Assembly: GCA_024626585.2 (NCBI GenBank)
Contig: JANKJI020000001.1
Location: forward strand, 15,550,606-15,578,674
Length of the DNA: 28,069 nucleotides
From: Ginkgo biloba
Lineage: Eukaryota > Plantae > Ginkgophyta
Reading direction: 5' to 3'
The notes below the pieces were generated by a model. It searched no databases and was not told the DNA's origin. It saw only the letters and a list, made by a program, of their open reading frames with translations. The position numbers were made by a program, and so were the translations under genes. Shown here piece by piece: positions 21,355 to 28,069 of the stretch. Position 1 is the stretch's first letter. Every line of letters starts with the position of its first letter.

Positions 21355-24176
21355 ATTACATTTGTGCATGTTGAAATAGATATTACCAAAAAGTACTCAT
21401 GAACTTTGGATCTTAATCATAAATTATTCTTCATGGAAATTTATGAGCCTTATGTACTTGCTTGATGAAAAAATTACTATTTGTGATGTATTGTGTCTTG
21501 AATTGATTTCCATGAAATGAGAATATTTTGTTAAGCAATCCATCAAGATCAATATTACATATTTACCATCTAATTTTGGAAGTCTAGGAATGAAATCCAT
21601 CAATATTTTTGNNNNNNNNNNNNNNNNNNNNNNNNNNNNGTTTAATGATTATAACTTCCCTTGTATGTCTATGTTCTTAAATTTTTGTTGTTGGCACATG
21701 GCACATTCGAGCACATAATTAGCGAAATCTTCTTTCATTTCTTACCAAAAGAAAACTTTCCTAACATTTGAACATGGTCATGCCATACAATTAGGGTGGT
21801 GTTCCCCTCTTCTAGTTCCCTTTTTATAAACTATAATCCTTTATTAAGATAAATTTAATTTTTGAATAGTATGTTAACATTTATCAACTTCCACCTGACA
21901 TCCCTTTTATCATCGTTAATGTTCTAAAGAATCTTATTAGTCTCAAGAACCTTTTGATACTCAATCAGTACCTTTGATTCACATGTTTATTCTATTATAG
22001 TCATAGTGTTGAATCTTGGATCATCATACTTTCATGAAAGGGAATCAACCATGATGTTGTCCTTCCCCTTCTTATATTTAAATCAAAGGCTTAAATTGTA
22101 TCTATCCAATTTAGGTTCTCTTAAATTAATATTTGTTTATATAATAAATATCTCAAGATACTATCGTTAGTATTTATCTCAAAAATACTCCCAATAAGAT
22201 ACTATTTCCGCTTTTTTATGCTTGCATGATTGTGAACATCTCCTTGTTATAGTTAGATATCCTCGATTATCTCTCATTGATTTTTCTACTCTCAAAGGCT
22301 ATGGGACTTCCTTATTGCATCAATATAGTGCCAAGAAATATTCTAGAAGCATCACACTCTAATGCAAGGAGTTTTATAAAATCAAGGTAGGCTCAAATTG
22401 GTATAATTATTAGAGTTGTCTTCAATTATTTGAAGGAATTATTTTCTAAGATGTTCCATTTAAATCCTTCCTTATTGGTCAAGCCAATCAATGCATAGTT
22501 ATTTACAAACTTTTCTATGTAATCCCATCATTCCAAGGAACCCCCTTATCTTTTTTACCATTTTTATCTTCGACCCATTCTTTTTTGCCTCTATTTTTAT
22601 AAGGTATACCCTTACACCTTATTTGGTTATGATGTGTCCTAGATACTTCAAAGATTGTTGTCCAAAACTTAGACTCTTTTGCATAGAATTTTTATTTCTC
22701 CAAAATCTCAAGTACCTTATCCAACTGTTTGAGATGCTCTTCTCATATTTTTCTATATACAATAATATTGTTAAAAAAATATTAGTATAAACTTTCTAAT
22801 TAATTTGATAAATACTTTTCTCATAAGATCCTAAAACATAGCATGATCATTACATATTCTGAATTCCATTTTTCATCATATAAAGTTCCCTTGATGCATT
22901 TGAAATATCACTTTATGTCTATCTTACACCTAAATCAGAATTTAATTATACCCACACCTGAGGTTGATCATTGAAATAACTATCCTCTTTGCAACTCATA
23001 TTTTATGTCATCTATTTGAGGCATCAAAAAATTATTTTTAATTATTATCTTGTTGAAAGATCAATAGTCCATGCAAAGTATAAATGACCCTTTTTTATTT
23101 TTATCTAATACAACTAGGGTGACATGAGGGCTTTTACTATTAGTGATGGGTTTTAATTGTATTAGGTTTTGCATTAACCTTTCAATATTAATTTTTTGGT
23201 TTAATACATATCTATATGGCTTCACTAATGTGGGTCAATTTTTGGGTTTTACCTCGATGATGTGTTTCATCCCACTTTTTAGTGGGAGGCTCTTTAGTAT
23301 ATCTTGGAAAACCTATTTATGTTTATCCACAAATTATTTCATCTCTTTATTGTGTTCCTTAGTTTATTATTCCCTCTTTGTGATAACCTCCTTAATCTCT
23401 ATATGGTATAATTTGGTAATAAAACCCAAATACCCCTTTCATAGAATCTAATCCATTTGTTGCGAGTTGACTACCTTGTTGCTTCTTGCTCAAATTCCTC
23501 TAATATTATACTTATTTCCTTGGAACTTAAGTAATAGGAAGTCTTCAATATAATTTGTTTCATAGGTAACCAATGTTTCCATCCATTGTATTCCAATAAT
23601 TCTATCAGCTAGCTTGATTAGTTTTACATAAAATGAGTCCTTTAATTTATGGTCCCCCATTTGCAAGTTCCACATTCCCATTATTCCTTTACACATTACC
23701 TAGTTGTTTCTCAAAATGGATACAAGTAATATTTAATTCTAAGTAAATTCCCAACCTTTTAACTTGTGTCATGTCCAATAAATTAAACCTAATTCCTAAA
23801 TCTAACATGATAAGTAGCTTGACCTTCTTGATAAATCCATGGAGCTTAAAAGTATATAATCTAGGAATTTTATCATAATTACTAATCATATTTCAATTTT
23901 ATCCATTTATAACATTATTTTCATTTTAGGTTCCTCAAGTATGTTGTCCTATTTGATATATGTCCCTATCCTTCAATAATTTATTCACACCTTATTGTAG
24001 TACTCTCATGTCATTCTCAACCATATTGAAGGATTGTTGCATGTTTGAAAACTTGATGTCAACATCGTTTATATGTTCCTCAAACTATGATTATTTCATT
24101 ATTTCTTCAATGTTATCTTAGATTTTCTTTTTGTTTGTACCATGTGATATTGCTTCCCTCTATATTATAATGAAGT
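21355..24176 (-). mobile_element. Degenerate Ty3/gypsy LTR retrotransposon pol (PR-RT-RH-INT), chromovirus-like
   Basis: Reverse strand, in gypsy order. Protease: TFKLHGFIKKVKLLIMLDLGIRFNLLD (23889-23689). RT: LCMDY*SFNKIIIKNNFLMPQIDD (~23070) and HQGNF..MEFRICNDHAMF*DLM. RNase H: ECDAS..LGTILMQ..PIAFESRK, YNKEMFTIMQA, FKYKKGKDNIMVDSLS. Integrase zinc region: FFW*EMKED..LECAMCQQQK. Integrase core: ILMDFIPRLPKLDGKYVILILMDCLTKYSHF...DPKFMSTFW (21611-21355). The upstream bound is set at the gap. Confidence 0.92.
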
Positions 24177-24823
24177 NNNNNNNNNNNNNNNNNNNNNNNN
24201 NNNNNNNNNNNNNNNNNNNNNNNNNNNNNNNNNNNNNNNNNNNNNNNNNNNNNNNNNNNNNNNNNNNNNNNNNNNNGACCAATCCCACATTTAACATTAG
24301 TTAGATCAATAACTATCTATTTACAATTCAATATTCAACCATGGTTAGATTAATTCCTAAATGTGAGCAACTCAATATTAACTTTAAACACCTCAATAAA
24401 AATTATGGTTAGATTAAAACACCCATGTTATATATTAAAGTAAAAGGAAAGCCAATAAAAAGCTTGTACAACCATCCAATCATTTCTTAATGCTTCAAAA
24501 GTTTATTTTAAATCTATGTAAATCCAACCTAAAAATATTAATATTAGCAAAACAAAAAATCACATTCATCCACTATAGAAATATGCAATAAGTCATTTGA
24601 TCCCATATATAATGGTGATAAGGTCAATATTTAACCATGGTTGACTCCATAATAACCATAATTTACTTTCAAATTTTATTATAATTACTAAAATATTATT
24701 ATAATATTTTATAGAAACTATTCTCTATGGTATGTACTAGTGTATGCATGTGTGTATGTGCACTTCTACTACAATACATGTTAGTTTGGGTTCTTTAGAG
24801 TATCATGTATTTTTTCCTACAAC

Positions 24824-24837
24824 CTCTCTCTCTCTCT
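24824..24837. repeat. (CT)7 microsatellite
   Basis: ctctctctctctct. Confidence 0.85.
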
Positions 24838-25789
24838 TAAATATAGTTGGGGCAAACCTCAAATTATTATATGCCTTACTTAATCATATCTTTTTAATGT
24901 AGATCTCATAGAATGGCTCCAAGATGCTTGTCGTAGTTGATCAAAGCTTCCAACTTTTACAAATATCAAATGCTTCTAACCAATTGTCTTAAACATTTAA
25001 AATATGTTTAGCATCAAGTTTTTTTTTTCTTTTTTTTTTTAATGAATCAATAATTTCTCCTAATATAATAATATTTAGCACATGGAGCTTAGATATGTAG
25101 CCCTAAGATTACCTTAGCCACAATTATGAAAACATTGATGCTTTATCACTTAGACCACTCTTAGGTACAAGGTAGAAAGTGTTTCTTCAAGCCAAGTAAT
25201 GCCTTTGGTCATTCCTCATAGACTTCAAACAAAAATATGGCCACTAGACTTCTCAAATACTATTCTAGATTAATGTAAATTAATGAAGGACAACATATTA
25301 AAGAGTGTAGATGAGAAAGTATTTTGAGATAAAGTAACAAAGTCATTTTCTCAAAGGAGCAAGGAAAATTTATTGGTCCCACATGATTGATTGTAGAATG
25401 AGTGACCATTGATCAAACTCCACTGGAAAGATTCTAAAGTTTACCTCTTATTGTCTCTCTAAGAAAACCATCCCAATCACCATGCTTTATGGGTGTTTTA
25501 TATTATCGTTGGGAGGTGACAAGCTCCGTGGATAGAGACATGTACTCTAGTAAAACTCACAAGATTGTCTACCTTAGAAGTCAAGATCAAAACTTATCAT
25601 CATAATAGAACTTATGACAAAAGCTAGATACAAATTGAGTTATTATTGCAAACTGAGAAAATCCTCATGGAGATACGACTGCAAGCTTTGTGCAACAAGT
25701 CTAAAATTGAAAAATAACTTGCTAACTATCTAAAAGAAAATAGTGAGAATATTCTTTTAGCTATGTTTGCCAAAGCATGAAAAGAAAGG

Positions 25790-26940
25790 AAATTAAAACC
25801 ATTGTTTACATAAAATACTTATCATAAATAACACGATGATAGAAAATAAAAATCTACTACAAAAACCAAATGACTATTTATCCATCTAGTTTAACCACCA
25901 AGCCCTTAGTTATGCACATATTTGTCATCTACAATGATTCATTTTGAAGAATCGCATTGGTAATACTTTAAATCTCAAACCATTGCAACTCAACCACAAG
26001 GGTTTTTCTACTTACACTTTCACAAAATTGCTATGTTGATGAAGATATAACGACCTAATATAATGTTGAAGCATTATAGACAAAGCATTCCCTTTACTAG
26101 ACATAGAAAAAAATCACAAAGGTAGGTAGTTTCATAGGATTTTCATAGTAATTAGGGAAATGTATCTCAGACTTCTCTTCTTTGGATGCATTGTTATATG
26201 TTTTAACAAAAGGAGGAGTGAAGTTCCATTGGATGAAATAAAAATAATAAATATTTGAAACTTTAAATAAGAATATATGTGATTCCCCTATATTATATCT
26301 ACTATATGTATAAAAATATTTTGAGATTGAGTCTAATGTGTTAGATTATGCACTTGGATCATTTTTTATACAATAAGGCAAACTGATTTCCTATCATTCA
26401 AAAACCTATTTTAGATAAGTACTAAACTATTTGACATATGAAAATGAGTTTTAATATTTACACCATGAATTAAATAATTAGAGGAATTATAGTTTAGGAA
26501 ATAAAATTGTTGAGCATACTAACCATAAGCCTCTTCATTTTTTATAGACTCAAGAAAAGTTGTAGTAGTTTAGGAATTTCAAGTGGATGTCATATTTTAA
26601 ATAATTTTATTTGGTTATAAAATATAAAAAATTATCATTGAACAAGGTAGATGATATGATATGAAGACCATAAAAAACTACAACACTTGGAGTGGTACTT
26701 CAGTCGTATTCTTTTCCACTCAAGGAATTCAAGGAACAGTATAGGGAAGATGGTGATTGTAGGCTAAGATATACAATTATAAAGCAAGGTGAGATGAATT
26801 TTGAGTATCATTTAAAAGAAGAAATTTTGTATTATCATGATAAGTTATGTGTCCCAAAAGGGGAGGAAAGAGTGCAGTTAATGCGAGAAGAACATACATC
26901 TAAAGTGGTTGGACACTTTGGAGTTGGAAAAACTTTATTG
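25790..26940 (+). mobile_element. Degenerate Ty3/gypsy pol (internally deleted RT, RNase H, integrase zinc-binding start)
   Basis: KVGSFIGFS**LGKCISDFS (EVRSFxG..Y.RKFIxxFS); FEIESNVLDYALGSFL; YLTYENEF; VEHTNHKPLHFL; FKWMSYFK*FYLVIKYKK..NKVDDMI*RP; ORF 26692 KLCVPKGEERVQLMREEHTSKVVGHFGVGKTL (H2C2 zinc domain). It may extend upstream to ~25300, which is weakly gag/protease-like. Confidence 0.9.
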
Positions 26941-28069
26941 NNNNNNNNNNNNNNNNNNNNNNNNNNNNNNNNNNNNNNNNNNNNNNNNNNNNNNNNNNNN
27001 NNNNNNNNNNNNNNNNNNNNNNNNNNNNNNNNNNNNNNNNGAACAAGGAGGAAGCACCTACTTTAAAAAATGATTCTTCTTCCATAGAAGATAAGTAGAA
27101 AACATTAGTGACATTTGATCATGAAATGAGGAGAAGACTAGCCCTTATATAGATCCTATGACTTGCCTCTAACTTTTGGTATGTTAATGGAGGTTGTTGT
27201 TTAGGCCTCGAAATACTTCTTGGTGTTGAAAACTCCAACGGGTTTGTTTTAGCTTCTCTAGAAAGCTAAACTAAGCCCTTTAAGGCCCTTATGGTCTTAA
27301 CTCATGGACTTCTTGGGTTTACTCCTCCTAAGGTCTTGTTGTGTCCCTAAGACACAACATACCCCCATACTCAACATGCTTTTCCCTCAAAGTATTTAAG
27401 GGTATAGTGGCTCTATATAAACATTCATGTGGTGACTTCTTTTGGTGGGTTTGCCCATTAATCTTTACTGCTTTGTTCTCACTTCCCTTTTTTAGGTCTG
27501 ATGCCTCATAAGCACTCAATATCTTTTTATTGCTCCTATGTCACTTGATGTCTTTTTGTTGCTCCTCCATCTAATTGATATTGTTGGTTGTTATGTCTAA
27601 CTGTGCTTCCATGCTACATAGTCTTGTGATGAAACCCAAGTGCCCCATTCATGTTGTTTTAGCCATCTGTTGAGTTTTGTCTATTTATGCCACTAATTTT
27701 GTACTTCACTCCTTGGAGTTTGAAGAACATAAAAATTCCATCATTATTCATTTTAAAAGTTACCAAGGCTTGTAACCATTATACACTTTGTACTCCATTG
27801 ACACCTACAAATGGAATAACTAAGAAGGAATCATTTAACGTGTAGTTAGATATTTATACCTGTATGTTTTCAACAATTCCTTTCCACATTATCTCTATAT
27901 ATTCTAGGGTCAAGATAGGTGACTTATGTCTTCTGTTGAGTTGCAATCTGTAACAAACCATTACACCAAAAGATTGGCCTATTAATGAAAGCTCAAATAC
28001 AAGAGCATATTACCTCCACCTGGGAATTAAACAACTAACCCTGTGTACGCCAACGTTTGGGTGCCCCAT

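Noticed and set aside
22491-23451. Hydrophobic plus-strand ORFs (99 and 102 aa) resembling membrane proteins
   Set aside because: Antisense shadows of the minus-strand gypsy RT region.
1-28069. Prokaryotic systems (CRISPR, operons, retrons, defence loci) or an intact host gene
   Set aside because: No regular repeat-spacer arrays and no intact long ORFs; all RT motifs are LINE or gypsy type and pseudogenised.

Overview
Eukaryotic, very AT-rich, CpG-poor intergenic DNA. It is best read as a plant (probably gymnosperm-like, large-genome) transposon graveyard in a fragmented draft assembly. I found no intact protein-coding gene, RNA gene or CRISPR array, and the long ORFs in the track are artefacts of N runs. 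Twelve gaps of exactly 100 N split the window into 13 pieces, each just over 1 kb or larger, and element identity usually changes at these gaps, so order and adjacency across them are unreliable. Recognisable relics, all found by manual translation and motif recall: an L1-type LINE (DUF4283 ORF1 + RT, 3.1-6.6 kb, +); a Plant Mobile Domain pseudogene (6.9-7.6 kb, -); a probable Helitron2/Helentron-type Rep (9.4-11.7 kb, -) back-to-back with a canonical Helitron Rep (11.8-13.3 kb, +); a 167-bp fold-back element (14436-14602); two Ty3/gypsy integrase tails; a second LINE ORF1 fragment; a complete 1.9-kb non-autonomous LTR element with strongly diverged LTRs, a tRNA-Met PBS and a PPT (17076-18981); a hairpin-bearing direct repeat; and two degenerate Ty3/gypsy pol regions (21.4-24.2 kb, -; 25.8-26.9 kb, +). 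I see no convincing novel functional system. The most interesting candidates are TE-level oddities.
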